This document shows, one piece after another, positions 18,916-30,200 of a DNA stretch of 64,000 nt. Source of the stretch: Blastocatellia bacterium (lineage in GTDB: Bacteria > Acidobacteriota > Blastocatellia > UBA7656); the NCBI GenBank assembly GCA_963765495.1, contig CAVXWP010000013.1, positions 32,001 through 96,000 of the forward strand. The letters run 5' to 3'. Position 1 is the first letter of the stretch, and each line of letters begins with the position of its first letter. Position numbers and translations under genes: made by a program. The notes below the pieces were generated by a model, which worked only from the letters and a program-made list of their open reading frames with translations, was not told where the DNA came from and ran no database searches.

Positions 18916-20529
18916 GAACTTATAAATCACATCGAACTGCATGCGATTAAGGTAACGGTTGAACGGCGACAGCGGCACGAGTTTATCAAGCCGCCGCGAA
19001 AACAGCCCGGTCCATTGCAGGGTGACGCCACCGGCAAGTTGATAGGCGGCCGTCGGTATGTGCGCGATGCTGTTTGATGCCAGGATGTCGCTGAAGTTGA
19101 ACGGGACAAGCACGGCATCCTGCTCTATGTGCGCAAAGGTGTATCCGAGCAGCCAGTCGCCTTTCTCTTTGGTCTGCCCGACCGCCACGCCGGTCCAGTA
19201 ACCGTTGTTCTTGTCATCAATTCTTTCCGAGAAATTGTGAACATAATCAAAGGTGAATTTTACGGGCGTGTGCGAGGTCGCCTGCCACGTGACATTTCCC
19301 AGCACATCGAAGAGGTTGAACCCGGCGAGAAATCCTATTGGGTTTCCATTTACGTCTCTGATTATGCGATTCGTAGTGCCGAGCGATCCGTTCTGGTTCC
19401 CGGTCACACCCGCTCCGTTACTGATGCCACCGTTGACCTGGGTCGATGAGGCTCCAAGCGCTCGCACTATCTGATCGGCCCTGACCCAATCGTAATAGCC
19501 TATGTTGAAATCGGCCGATACCTTGGAAGAAAGCTTGAAATCAGCCTGCCCCTGCCCGCCATAAAGGACTCCATCTTTATCGCCTGACAACTCATTAAAC
19601 GGCAATTGAAAGGCGACCAGTTTGACCTGCTTGAGCGCGGAGCCGGTCTTGAAATAGAGCGCCTCGGATGCGCCTTCGACGTTCACATCATCGTCCCAGA
19701 CCATCTGGGTGCGGCGGAATGTAGGCTCAAATTTGCCCGCTACGAATTGCACGCCCACGCCGTCGGTTTTTGAATCATACCTTACAAAAGCGCGATCGAG
19801 GCTTATGCCTTTGCGCTCGAAAAAATCGGTGAGCGTCTGGTTGGTCGTTATGGGGTCTGTGAATATGCCCGTCGCCAGTCGGATGCCCCAATCGAAGTTT
19901 TTGTTCAGTTTGCCGTCGAGTTCGGCGCGGGCGCGAACGCGGAGTCGATTTCGGTCGGGGGATTTGTTCAGGCTGTCAAATCCCTGATTGCGAAACGATT
20001 CATACCGAAACCTGATGTCTCCGCTCAGGCTAAGCGAGCCGAATTTCTTGTAAAGCTCGTCAACCCTCTTTTGTGTCGGGTCGTCCTGCGTGGATTCGTT
20101 CTTTCCAGAGGCAGGCGTCGCGACGGAAGCGGCTATGACCTGCGGCTGGTCGGCGGCAGGGTGAGCGGCCACAGAGGGCGAGATGTTAGAGGGCGAGGTG
20201 TTAGAGGGCGAGGTTTCAGACGAGCGGGCGGTAGTATCTTCCGCACCGCGCTTTTCGACTATCTCGCGCAGGGCCTCTATCTCGCGCTGCTGGCGCACGA
20301 TTATATCTTCAAGTACCTTGAGCCTCTCTTCCACACCGGGCGCGGTCGAAGGCTTTTCTTCCCGTTTGTCGTCTGCCGACTTGCGAGCCGATTTATTCGA
20401 ATCGGCAGCCGTCGGGACGCCTGTATTTGCGGCGATTTGTTGCCGCGCCTGAACGCGACTGGCGCTCAGGACGAAAAAGAAGGAAAACATCAGCCCCAGG
20501 CTCAGAATGTTTGCCGGTTTGATTCGCAT
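18913..20529 (-). CDS. Putative outer-membrane porin with N-terminal coiled coil
   Basis: Signal peptide, coiled coil, GDIRFRYE, RNRLRVRAR, WDDDVNVEG, C-terminal FDVIYKF. Confidence 0.8.
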   Translation of the reverse strand: MRIKPANILSLGLMFSFFFVLSASRVQARQQIAANTGVPTAADSNKSARKSADDKREEKPSTAPGVEERLKVLEDIIVRQQREIEALREIVEKRGAEDTTARSSETSPSNTSPSNISPSVAAHPAADQPQVIAASVATPASGKNESTQDDPTQKRVDELYKKFGSLSLSGDIRFRYESFRNQGFDSLNKSPDRNRLRVRARAELDGKLNKNFDWGIRLATGIFTDPITTNQTLTDFFERKGISLDRAFVRYDSKTDGVGVQFVAGKFEPTFRRTQMVWDDDVNVEGASEALYFKTGSALKQVKLVAFQLPFNELSGDKDGVLYGGQGQADFKLSSKVSADFNIGYYDWVRADQIVRALGASSTQVNGGISNGAGVTGNQNGSLGTTNRIIRDVNGNPIGFLAGFNLFDVLGNVTWQATSHTPVKFTFDYVHNFSERIDDKNNGYWTGVAVGQTKEKGDWLLGYTFAHIEQDAVLVPFNFSDILASNSIAHIPTAAYQLAGGVTLQWTGLFSRRLDKLVPLSPFNRYLNRMQFDVIYKF

Positions 20530-20785
20530 AGGTCTCTCCTTGTGAGCAAATATGGTTAGTCAATTGATAATATCGGGTTCCCGGATAAGGCCGACACGGC
20601 ATGCTTCATCTTTTTCACAGCCAAATTCATCGGCCTCCATATCCGTATACTGCTGCTTTCTTAAAGGTCTGAAAATCGGGAATCGGGCGCGGGCGACCCT
20701 GTTTATGCGAGGTCCATTCAATAGTATTCATCGGGTTTCGCGGGCGTTTCATGTAGCCTGTAACAAACTTCTGAACGGAGAAGTT

Positions 20786-20828
20786 AGTATAAAACTGCCA
20801 TGTTACAGACTTGCAACGTCGATGTTAC
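20786..20828 (-). promoter_or_regulatory. Candidate OmpR/PhoB-type direct repeats plus -10 upstream of the porin
   Basis: Minus strand GTAACAT/GTTGCAA/GTAACAT at 11-bp period, then 8 nt, then TATACT. Confidence 0.45.
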
Positions 20829-20908
20829 TAAATAGTAAAAAGTGCTTTTGCCCTGACAGGCGAGGTCCTGTATTGCGAATTCGTCTGTAAAGCAGCAGTA
20901 TTTTTATC

Positions 20909-20943
20909 AAAAAAACGGCGCTCTCGACAGGGCCGGAGCGCCG
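20909..20943 (-). terminator. Intrinsic terminator
   Basis: CGGCGCTC...GAGCGCCG stem followed by a T7 tract on the minus strand. Confidence 0.65.
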
Positions 20944-20969
20944 GAGTTTGTGTGCATAGCTAAAATCCA

Positions 20970-22007
20970 TCATCTGGCGGACGTGCTCATCATCGCCTCA
21001 TCGCTGAGGTCGCGGAAGTTGAACTGGCGCGCGACGCTTGCGACGGGCTTGCCGTCAGCTTCGGCATACGGGTAGATAAAATAGTTGAGCGGGCCTGCCT
21101 GCTGGCGGGGTCTCAGCACTATGTCGCGCCCCATCGAAAACTGCACGCGGTTTTCATCGTGGCCGCCGAAAAAGTATTCGCGTTTTTCCGGGTGCTTCCA
21201 CGCTTCGCTGGCATCAACTGGAACCCAGCCGTATCCCTTCAGATAAAACTCTGCCCAGCAATGATAACCCTGTATTTCGCCTTCGCCCCGTTTCTCGGGC
21301 AAAGGGAAGCCGATTGAAAAACGCGCGGGTATGCCTACGGCACGGGCAAAGCCTATAAAAAGCGCGTGGAAATCTGTGCAGTTGCCGTGCTTGGCATCGC
21401 AGGCGTAAAGAATATCGCCCCGTCCCCAGCCTTCGCCGCTCTTGTCATACTTGAGCGTCTTGAGCGCATAGTCGTATATCGCACGCGCCCGTTCGAGATC
21501 GGTCTTCTTGCCTTTTGTCGCCTCTTCGGCCCACCGCTTGATTTCAGGCGTGACAGGCACAAGCTTATCGGGCTTTAAGAACTCGGCCACATCCGGGTCG
21601 AGCGGCCCCGACCCGCTATACTTGACCGTGGCAAAATCCCTTTTCAGATTTTCGCTGCGGCGCACTTTGAATTGCATTACGATGTCAAAGGGCGCGGCCT
21701 TTGGATCATCAAGCGAAACAAACAGAATCGAATTGCCGAATCGCGGCTCGACATAGACGCTTGAACTTGCCGGGCTTGAAACCCGCATGTCATAGATTTC
21801 CTGATTCGCATCCGTGGTCGGATAGGGCAGCCACACATTCAGATGTTTTGTGCCCTCGGGCACTTCCTTTACAGTGGCCTTATAAGTGAATTCAAAGAAG
21901 CGGGTTTTGGGCGCGGTGCCGACACCGCCGGAAGCCCAACCTGCGGTTGAAGCAAGTAACACAAACCCAAAAAACCAGGCGGCGAAAATTCTAAAGTGAG
22001 ATTTCAT
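20970..22007 (-). CDS. Secreted transglutaminase-like (cysteine protease fold) protein
   Basis: ATG at 22007 with GAGGA RBS and signal peptide; GNCTDFH, YHCWAEFY, WVPVD triad. Confidence 0.85.
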   Translation of the reverse strand: MKSHFRIFAAWFFGFVLLASTAGWASGGVGTAPKTRFFEFTYKATVKEVPEGTKHLNVWLPYPTTDANQEIYDMRVSSPASSSVYVEPRFGNSILFVSLDDPKAAPFDIVMQFKVRRSENLKRDFATVKYSGSGPLDPDVAEFLKPDKLVPVTPEIKRWAEEATKGKKTDLERARAIYDYALKTLKYDKSGEGWGRGDILYACDAKHGNCTDFHALFIGFARAVGIPARFSIGFPLPEKRGEGEIQGYHCWAEFYLKGYGWVPVDASEAWKHPEKREYFFGGHDENRVQFSMGRDIVLRPRQQAGPLNYFIYPYAEADGKPVASVARQFNFRDLSDEAMMSTSAR

Positions 22008-22205
22008 CTTGATATCCTCGTGTAGCCCTTCAAGAAAAGATGTCATACGCCGGTTCCTCGCGTCCGGCTTTATCGGTCCTCTGGCGATGAAGGCACGCAT
22101 CGCTGAAATTTAAAGTGTAACGGCAGCACAGTTAAGTTTCTAATATGTAATTCCGATGATTTAGCCCTGTGGTTATAGGGAATTTCTAGTCGTGCGGGCG
22201 GCAGG

Positions 22206-23126
22206 TTAAGAGCGTGAGGCAAGCAGCGCATCGTGCTGAGAAGTTTCCAGCGCCAATTCAAGAAAGGCTTCGGCGGCAGGTGAGAGGGTCAATTTTTTAT
22301 TGATTACGGCGAAAAAGTCGCGCCTTATAGGGGCGATGCCTGCGATATTTACGGTCTTGAGCGTCCCGTTTGCCAGCTCAGACCTGACGGCGATCAGCGA
22401 TACTACGGAGACTCCCAGACCCGCCTTGATCGCTTCTTTGATTGCGCCGGTCGAGCCCAGCGAGCCTACGAGATTGAATTCTTCAAGCGGGCGGGCGACC
22501 CTTTTTTCAAATGCCAGTCGAGTGCCCGACCCGGCTTCGCGGGTGAGAAGAGGGACAGAGACAAGCTGGTCAAGCGTGAGCGATTCGACATCTTTCCATC
22601 GAGCGTCGTTGGGCGTAACAAGCGCCAGTTCGTCTGAGGCAAAGCGATAAAAATCCAGACCTATGGTTTCGAGCCTTGCGCCTACGAATCCGATTTCAAC
22701 GTCGCCCGCCAGCACCTGATCACAGGCCGCTTCGGAGTCCGATATGCGAACTTCCATATTTACGGCCGGAAAACGGGAATGAAACTCGGCGACAAGCGCA
22801 GGGAGCAGATATTCGCCCGGTATGGTGCTGGCACAGATCGAAAGCACGCCTTCCATGCGGTTGAGAAATTTATCTATCTCGCGGAGCGCGGCCTCTTTTT
22901 CATTCAGTATGGCGCGACCTCGCCTGTAGAGCAGATCGCCCAGGCTTGTGGGAACTATACGGCGCGGCAGCCGGTCAAAGAGCCTGCCGCCGATGTGATC
23001 TTCCAGATTCTTGATGTGCCCGCTTATGGTCGGCTGGGAAAGTCGCAGCTTGCGCGCAGCTTTTGAAAAGCTGCCCTCCTCGTAAACCGAGCAAAATACC
23101 TCTACAAGATTAAGGTCCAGTCTCAT
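22206..23126 (-). CDS. LysR-family regulator (CysL/selenium-metabolism-associated type)
   Basis: GSFSKAA..L.LSQPTISGHIKNLE, ASTIPGEYLLP, REAGSGTR; start set at MRLDL. Confidence 0.88.
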   Translation of the reverse strand: MRLDLNLVEVFCSVYEEGSFSKAARKLRLSQPTISGHIKNLEDHIGGRLFDRLPRRIVPTSLGDLLYRRGRAILNEKEAALREIDKFLNRMEGVLSICASTIPGEYLLPALVAEFHSRFPAVNMEVRISDSEAACDQVLAGDVEIGFVGARLETIGLDFYRFASDELALVTPNDARWKDVESLTLDQLVSVPLLTREAGSGTRLAFEKRVARPLEEFNLVGSLGSTGAIKEAIKAGLGVSVVSLIAVRSELANGTLKTVNIAGIAPIRRDFFAVINKKLTLSPAAEAFLELALETSQHDALLASRS

Positions 23127-23180
23127 TCCGCCGATTATCTTAGACAGGAATCGCGGGATTAACAAATTAATTTTGTCTGA

Positions 23181-23297
23181 ACGGGCAATTATGTCTATAT
23201 CATCGCGGTCGAAGGCAACCCGCTCGATGATATTCACGCGCTCAGTAAAGTGGTGTTTGTGATGAAGGCCGGACAGGTCTACAAATCGCCGCGATGA
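23181..23297 (+). pseudogene. C-terminal remnant of a metal-dependent amidohydrolase
   Basis: Translates to GNYVYIIAVEGNPLDDIHALSKVVFVMKAGQVYKSPR*, with an in-frame stop just upstream and no start. Confidence 0.7.
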
Positions 23298-23324
23298 TAG
23301 AGCAAGTATTTCAACTCAATTGAT

Positions 23325-24452
23325 TCAACGCTTATCGTAGGGCGCGTCCCAGTCGCCTGAAAATGCGATGTCGCTCAAGGCTTTTCGAGAGCGCAGGGCC
23401 GTCTCCTTTGCGCGCAGGCTTTCAGACAAATCGTTGAGGTCGCCGCGATATGGATAGCCGATTGCTATCATTGCCATAGGCGAGAAGCCTTCGGGTATGT
23501 GAAATTCGCGGCGCGCTCGCTCCACGTCATAACCGGCCATCTGATGCGCGGCCAATCCTAAAGCAGTTGCTTCGAGCACGAGGTTTTCACTCGCAAGACC
23601 TACGTCGTGCGGGGCCGTGCGATTCGGCTTATCGTTATGCGTAAATGTTTCGCGCGCGACCGACAGCATCAGCACAGGCGCTTCGAGCGCCCACGAGTTG
23701 CCTTCGACCAGACAGGATCGCGCCTTCTTCAAAGCATCCTCATCCGACCCATCAAAGACCAGATAGCGCCACGGCTGCTCGTTGAAACACGACGGAGCCC
23801 AGCGCGCGGCTTCAAGCAGCGTCAAAATCTTTTCGCGTTCTACGCGACGGCCGGCTTCAAAGGCTCGCGGACTCCACCGCCTTTCAAGCAGCGGGTGTAT
23901 CCGACAATTTATGGTCGCTTGCTTTTCGGGATAAGCTGAATCATTCGCATCTCCCGTCACGGAGAGATCGTCAACCTCTACGCGGATGTGCCGCAGGTGA
24001 TTGAGCATGTGGTCTACGTAATCATCAAGCACGAATCTCAAGGTAAGCGGCCCGGAATCGCCTATTGAACACAGGCGCGACCACGCGGAAGGAGGGGCGG
24101 TGCGGGCGGCGGCAAGAAGTTGCTCGTTGCCCGCGCTCCATAGCGCGATCAGGTCCCGCCAGTCGCGCTCCTGATAATTGTGCAGCTTTACCCACCCTTC
24201 GCCGTCATAGCCGGGAAGCGCGGGGTTCTCTTCGAGTTGAGCGCGCACGATTCGCCGATGGTTGTTGGCAGCCGAATCAATCAAATGGCCGAGCTCTTCT
24301 TTTGGCGACCAGCTTTCGGGCGCAGGTTTTAGGGCGGCCTCGCTCTCTGTTATCGCCCTCAGACGAGCAGGTACGGCAGACAGTATCGAGCGCAGTTGTG
24401 ACAGCCCTCGCGGAGTTTCGCCGCCGCCTTGCGTGTCCTGTGTATCGTTCAT
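23325..24452 (-). CDS. DinB-family domain fused to nitroreductase
   Basis: WSPKEELGHLIDS...HMLNHLRHI, then RWSPRAF, AARWAPSCFNEQPW, HQMAG. Confidence 0.85.
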   Translation of the reverse strand: MNDTQDTQGGGETPRGLSQLRSILSAVPARLRAITESEAALKPAPESWSPKEELGHLIDSAANNHRRIVRAQLEENPALPGYDGEGWVKLHNYQERDWRDLIALWSAGNEQLLAAARTAPPSAWSRLCSIGDSGPLTLRFVLDDYVDHMLNHLRHIRVEVDDLSVTGDANDSAYPEKQATINCRIHPLLERRWSPRAFEAGRRVEREKILTLLEAARWAPSCFNEQPWRYLVFDGSDEDALKKARSCLVEGNSWALEAPVLMLSVARETFTHNDKPNRTAPHDVGLASENLVLEATALGLAAHQMAGYDVERARREFHIPEGFSPMAMIAIGYPYRGDLNDLSESLRAKETALRSRKALSDIAFSGDWDAPYDKR

Positions 24453-24624
24453 GGCTATCTATTATAAACAGGATCGGCAGGATTGACAGCGGTTTGGAGC
24501 CGCCATCTCAAATCCCCGTCAACCCGGGCAAAACTTGACTTGCACATCTGCAAGTCTTAGCATTCCCGGCGTGCAGGCCAGCCATTCAGTTTCAGAATTG
24601 CTTCTATTTTATGTGAGGTCTTCC

Positions 24625-27141
24625 ATGCGACATTTATCAATTGCTCTTACCATTTTTCTATTGGCGCTTTCGAGCGCGGCGCAGGATAAGGACAAAGATC
24701 AGGTCAAAACTCTCCGCGCGCGAACCGAGAAATTGCAAAAGATTGACGGATATATCCCGCTTTACTGGGACGCTGAAAAAGGCGAGATGCTGATGGAAAT
24801 CTCGCGGTTCAATCACGAACTCCTTTACCAGATTTCGCTCCCGACAGGCGTCGGGTCCAACCCCATAGGGCTTGATCGCGGACAGCTTGGCGACACGCAC
24901 GTGATCTTTTTCGAGCGCATAGGGCCAAAGGTTTTGATGATCGAACCCAATTATCGCTACCGCGCCATCACAGGAAACGAGCCCGAGCGCCGGGCGGTCG
25001 AAGAGTCGTTTGCGCGCTCGGTTTTATGGGGCTTCAAGGTCGAAGCCTCCGAAGGCGACCGCGTTCTGGTGGACGCGACAAAGTTTTTTATACGGGATGT
25101 GCACGGCGTAATTGATCGCCTTCGCCAGACTCGACAGGGGCAGTATCGCTTTGACGATTCTCGAAGCGCGTTTTATCTGGCAAGGACCAAGAGCTTTCCG
25201 ACCAATACCGAAGTAGAGACGATGCTGACTTTTTCGACCGAAGGCGACCCCGGCCCGCTCGTACGCCAGACCGTTCCCTCGCCACAGTCCATCACCGTGC
25301 GCGAGCATCACTCGTTTGTAGAGCTCCCCGACAGCAATTACAAACCCAGACGGCTCGACCCGCGAGTCGGGGTCTCCGGGATAGAGTTTTACGATTACGG
25401 CACGCCAATAACCGAGCCTATCGAAAAACGCTGGATCGCGCGTCATCGCCTTCAGAAAAAAGACCCGACGGCGGCACTTTCCGAGCCGGTCAAGCCTATC
25501 ATCTACTATGTAGACAACGGCACTCCCGAGCCCATTCGCAGCGCGCTCGTCGAAGGCGCATCGTGGTGGAACGAAGCCTTTGAGGCCGCCGGGTTCAAGA
25601 ACGCATTTCAAGTAAAGGTATTGCCCGAAGACGCGGACCCGATGGATGCGCGTTACAACATGATAAGCTGGGTACATCGTTCGACTCGCGGATGGTCATA
25701 CGGCGGAAGCATAACCGACCCTCGCACGGGCGAGATCATCAAAGGCAATGTCACGCTCGGCTCTCTGCGCGCGCGGCAGGATTTTACAATAGGAACGGGA
25801 TTGGTTCCGCCCTTCAAAGCGAGCTCTTCGGCAAGCGGGGCAGACGGGGATGGATGTGAATTCGCTTTCTCGCCGGACGTTGATTACCTGATGGGTGCGG
25901 ATTCGAGTACGGATGCGGAGGCGATGTCGCTTGCGCGCATAAGGCAGCTTGCGGCTCACGAGGTAGGCCATACGCTCGGGCTCGCTCACAACTTCGCGGC
26001 GAGCACTTACGGGCGCGCATCCGTGATGGATTATCCCGCGCCTATGGTCGAGATCAAAGACGGGAAGCTCGATCTGTCGAATGCCTATGCCAGAGGGATA
26101 GGCGAATACGACAAGTTCGCCATCAAGTATGCATATGCGGAATTCGGACCGGGTGCAAACGAAGCGACAGAGCTTGAGCGCATCCTTGAAGACGGCATCT
26201 CGCGTGGGATGCTCTTTATCACCGACTCTGACGCGCGGCCTGCGGGCGCGGCACATCCGCTCGCCAATCTCTGGGACAACGGCAGCGACACGATTGCAAT
26301 GCTCCGTCACGAGATGGAGGTGCGCCGTATTGGGCTCGCGAATTTCGGGCTGGGAAATATCCCTTTGGGTACGCCCCTGTCGGTGCTAGAAGCCAAATTG
26401 CTTCCTCTTTACCTGCACCATCGCTATCAACTGACGGCGGCCGTCAAATCAATCGGCGGGCTTTATTACACTTATTCGGTGAAGACCGCGAAGGGGCCAA
26501 GTCCAGCGAACGTAAGCGAGATAGTTCCGGCGGCGCGTCAGCGAGAAGCGCTCGCGGCGGTCCTCGATACGATTGATGTCGATCAACTGGCAATCCCCGA
26601 ACGCATACTTGAGATGATCCCGCCGACTGCCTTCGGCTACGGGGGCGGCACATCCGAGTTGTTCGCCAAGCGCACCGACCCGGCATTCGATCCCGTCGGG
26701 GCCGCAACTATTGCGGCAGACCTCACCATATCCGGGCTGCTCGAATATCATCGCGCGGCCCGTCTGATTGAGTTTCACGCGCGCAACCGCTCAAATCCTG
26801 ATTTCGAAGAAGTGACAGCCGCGCTCATCAAACGCGTTTGGACTGTGACGCCAGCCGCGACCCCTTACCACGCGGCCATACTCAGAGCCGTGCAGAGTTT
26901 GACCGTGACGCGGCTCATGGATTTGGCAGCCAATGCCGATGCCTCGCCTCAGGTGAGGGCCGTCGCAACAGAAGCTCTGCGCAATTTGAGCATAAAACTC
27001 AAGCCGCCCACACCTGCCGGGATGGACGCGGCTCACAGGCGAGCCATACGCGACGACATCGAGCGTTTCCTCAATCGGCCCGCTGAGCCGCACAAAAAGA
27101 GCGAGCCCTTAGAGACGCCTCCGGGCGACCCGATAGGGTAA
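24625..27141 (+). CDS. Secreted zinc metalloprotease (metzincin, DUF5117/DUF4953 type)
   Basis: Signal peptide; [14 protein letters not shown] and Met-turn SVMDY; DPRTGEII. Confidence 0.9.
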   Translation: MRHLSIALTIFLLALSSAAQDKDKDQVKTLRARTEKLQKIDGYIPLYWDAEKGEMLMEISRFNHELLYQISLPTGVGSNPIGLDRGQLGDTHVIFFERIGPKVLMIEPNYRYRAITGNEPERRAVEESFARSVLWGFKVEASEGDRVLVDATKFFIRDVHGVIDRLRQTRQGQYRFDDSRSAFYLARTKSFPTNTEVETMLTFSTEGDPGPLVRQTVPSPQSITVREHHSFVELPDSNYKPRRLDPRVGVSGIEFYDYGTPITEPIEKRWIARHRLQKKDPTAALSEPVKPIIYYVDNGTPEPIRSALVEGASWWNEAFEAAGFKNAFQVKVLPEDADPMDARYNMISWVHRSTRGWSYGGSITDPRTGEIIKGNVTLGSLRARQDFTIGTGLVPPFKASSSASGADGDGCEFAFSPDVDYLMGADSSTDAEAMSLARIRQLAAHEVGHTLGLAHNFAASTYGRASVMDYPAPMVEIKDGKLDLSNAYARGIGEYDKFAIKYAYAEFGPGANEATELERILEDGISRGMLFITDSDARPAGAAHPLANLWDNGSDTIAMLRHEMEVRRIGLANFGLGNIPLGTPLSVLEAKLLPLYLHHRYQLTAAVKSIGGLYYTYSVKTAKGPSPANVSEIVPAARQREALAAVLDTIDVDQLAIPERILEMIPPTAFGYGGGTSELFAKRTDPAFDPVGAATIAADLTISGLLEYHRAARLIEFHARNRSNPDFEEVTAALIKRVWTVTPAATPYHAAILRAVQSLTVTRLMDLAANADASPQVRAVATEALRNLSIKLKPPTPAGMDAAHRRAIRDDIERFLNRPAEPHKKSEPLETPPGDPIG

Positions 27142-27289
27142 AGGATGAGGGATGAGGGATGAGGGATGAAAAAGAGTCTAAGGAACGACTCTGATTAAGT
27201 GGGGAAATTCTGATTAATTGATTTGAGCAATTACCGATGTGTTCCCCAACAGTCCTTTTCATCCCTCATCCCTCATCCCTCATCCCTTT
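27142..27289. repeat. Heptamer-arm palindromic element, GGGATGA type
   Basis: (GGGATGA)~4...(TCATCCC)4. The right arm encodes the last residues (GMRDEG*) of the kinase. Confidence 0.92.
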
Positions 27290-30200
27290 ACTGAGGCTGG
27301 CTATGACGGTGATCAATTCGACCGCTTCTACGGGCTTGCTTACGTGAGACTGGAATCCTGATGAAAGGGCGCGCACGCGGTCTTCGACTCTGGCGTGCGC
27401 CGTCAGCGCAATCGATGGAAGTTGTCTGTCTTGATCTCTTTCCAGTGCGCGTACTTTGCGGATCAGCGAATATCCGTCTTCGCCGGGCATCTCTATATCG
27501 CTCACAAGCACGTCGGGCGTAAAGCTCTTGAGCGCGTCAAGCGCTTCGGCTGCCGACGAAACCGATGTCACCTCGGCCCCGTGTTGGCTGAGCATAATCA
27601 CCATCAACTCTCGCGCATCGCTGTCATCATCGACTACAAGCAGTCGCAATCCCTCAAGTGATGGAGCGCCGCTAAAGGCCATTATGGAATCGGGCAGAGT
27701 CTGTTTCCACTGCTCGTCGTCTGTGGGGAGGCGGCCCGAATCGTGCGCGATCATTATCGGCAATGTAACTCGGAAGGTGGCTCCAAGTCCTTCACCCTGG
27801 CTTTCGACCGATACCGATCCGCCGTGCAATTCCACGAGATGGCGGACTATGGCAAGTCCTAGCCCTAGCCCTCCGTGCCTGCGCGTCAGAGTGCTGTCAG
27901 CCTGGCGAAAACGCTCAAAGACATAAGGCAGGAAATCCGGCTCGATACCTTTGCCTGTATCGCTGACTACGATCTCGACGTGAGAGTCGACGCGTTCGAG
28001 CCGGACCTGAATCCGTCCCCCTTTGGATGTGAATTTAACGGCGTTCGACAGGAAATTCCACACGACCTGTTGCAGGCGGTCGGGGTCGCCCGAGACGAGA
28101 CCGGCTCCGGGGTCGAGCACCGTTTGCAGCCTTATATCCTTTGCCTGCGCGGCGGGGCGAATCACTTCTATAGCGGCCTCGATGATTGAGGAAAGCTCGA
28201 CCGGGCGAACTTCCAGCCGCAGCTTTCCGGCGATGATGCGCGAGACATCGAGCAGATCTTCGATGAGTTGCGTCTGAGCTTTGGTATTGCGCTCGACGGT
28301 TTCCAGCGCGCGCGCGGCGGAAGGCTCATCCAGTTTTCCCGTGCGCAAAATCTGTATCCATCCGACCATGGCATTTAACGGCGTGCGCAATTCGTGCGAA
28401 ACGGTGGCCAGAAACTCGTCTTTCATGCGATTGGCCATTTCGGCTTCGGCGCGCATGCGGGTCTGTTCCTCATACAACTCGGCGACGTTGATTGCGGCCG
28501 ATGCCATGTTGCCCAGAGCGGTCCCGACTCGCGCTTCCATCTCGGTGAAGGCGTGCGGTTTGCGATAATAAAAGACGAGCGTGCTGGTCGGGACGCCTCG
28601 AATCTTTAACGGCACTGCCAGAAGCGAGCGTATGCCTTCCATCTCGTGATCGGCGCGTCGCCCGGCAAGCCTTGGGTCTTCAAATACATCTTCGGCGATG
28701 ATCGCGCCCGGCGGCATGCCTTCCGAAAAATCCTTGACATAGATTTTCGTCTCTCGAAAAGCTTCCGAAAGCCCTTCGGCAGAGACGATGCCCCATTCAC
28801 CCGTGGCGGGTTGAAGCCGCCAGACCGCATAGGCATCGGCAGAGATGAGGCGGTTTGAAAGGGTCAGGATCGCAGGCAGCACCTCGCTGAGACGGGGCGA
28901 GCCGATCAACGTGTCGGAAGCCTTCACAAGCGCGTCCAGACGCGCCTCGACGCTGCGGTGGAGTTCGAGAGTCTGCTCGCGCGCGCGAAGCGCTTCCCGG
29001 GCTTCGCGGTAGAGCCGGGCATTATCTACGGCGAGGGCGAGTCGCTTGGCCAGTTCTTCGGCAAACTTCAGATCGGCCTGATCGTAATGATGTCCCGACT
29101 CTGCCGCAATAAAGGTGATCGCGCCAAGCGTGCGACCCCGCGCAATCAACGGGATTACCATATAAGATTTCAGGCCAAGCTCGCGGATCATTTTGAGATG
29201 CTCTTGATCGCGGGCCGCTTCGACAAGCAGCGAATCCGGGATCTCGGAGGCAAATTCAGACTTTCCGGTCCTCAACACATTGGGCACGCCTCGGGGCGAA
29301 TCGGGGTCGGTCGGATAGCGATCCTGATACTCACGCGCCATCTCAAGCTTCGCAGGGTCAACGTGGGCCACTGCCAGTTGTCGGACTTCTCCGCCTTCTT
29401 CGACGATGCTGACGGCGCACCAGTCAGCCAGATGCGGAACGGCCAGTTGCGCCACGCTCTTGAGCGTAGTCTCGTAATCAAGCGAACTGGAAAGCAGCGC
29501 GGTTGCTTCGTCGAGAAATCTCTGATTTTTCTCTGCCTTCTTGCGCTCGCCTATGTCAACGCTCAGGCCGCGCATGCCCACAGGGTTGCCGTCCTCATCC
29601 AAAATGACTATAGATTGCGCTTCTATCCAGACTGCGTGCCCGTCCTTAGTCATCCATCGGAACTGGCTAGTGCCGCCCTTGCCGCCTCGGAAGATTGCCG
29701 CCGCCTCTTCGGCGGCCCGCTGTTTGTCGTCCGGGTGAACGATGGTCAGCCAGAAATTGGGGGTTGAAAGCCATTCTTCGAGGGTGTAGCCGAGCAGCGA
29801 TTCCACATACTTGCTGACGAAATCGATTCGCTGTTTCGACTGGTCGGGCTCGCCCCATGCTTCCCACACTACGGCAGGCACGGTGGCAACTATATTTTCC
29901 ATGCGCGTGCGCTGACGCTCGATCTCTTCGTGGAATTGAACCCTGTCCTGCTCGGCTCGCTTGCGCTCGGCAATATCGCGGAAGACCAGCACCACGCCTG
30001 TGACTTCGCCTTTCTCGTCCCTGATAGGCGCGCCGCTGTCGTCAATCGGATTCTCATTTCCGTTTCTCGACATCAGTATGGTGTGATTGGCCAGCCCGAC
30101 TACGGTTCCTTCTCTGAGCACCTTTGCCACGGGATTTTCGACCTTTTCGCGTGTGTTCTCATTCACGATATCGAAAACTATTTCGAGAGGCTTCCCCCGG

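Noticed and set aside
20173-20215. 15-bp x3 repeat in the porin gene
   Set aside because: In-frame low-complexity linker expansion (TSPSN); ordinary.
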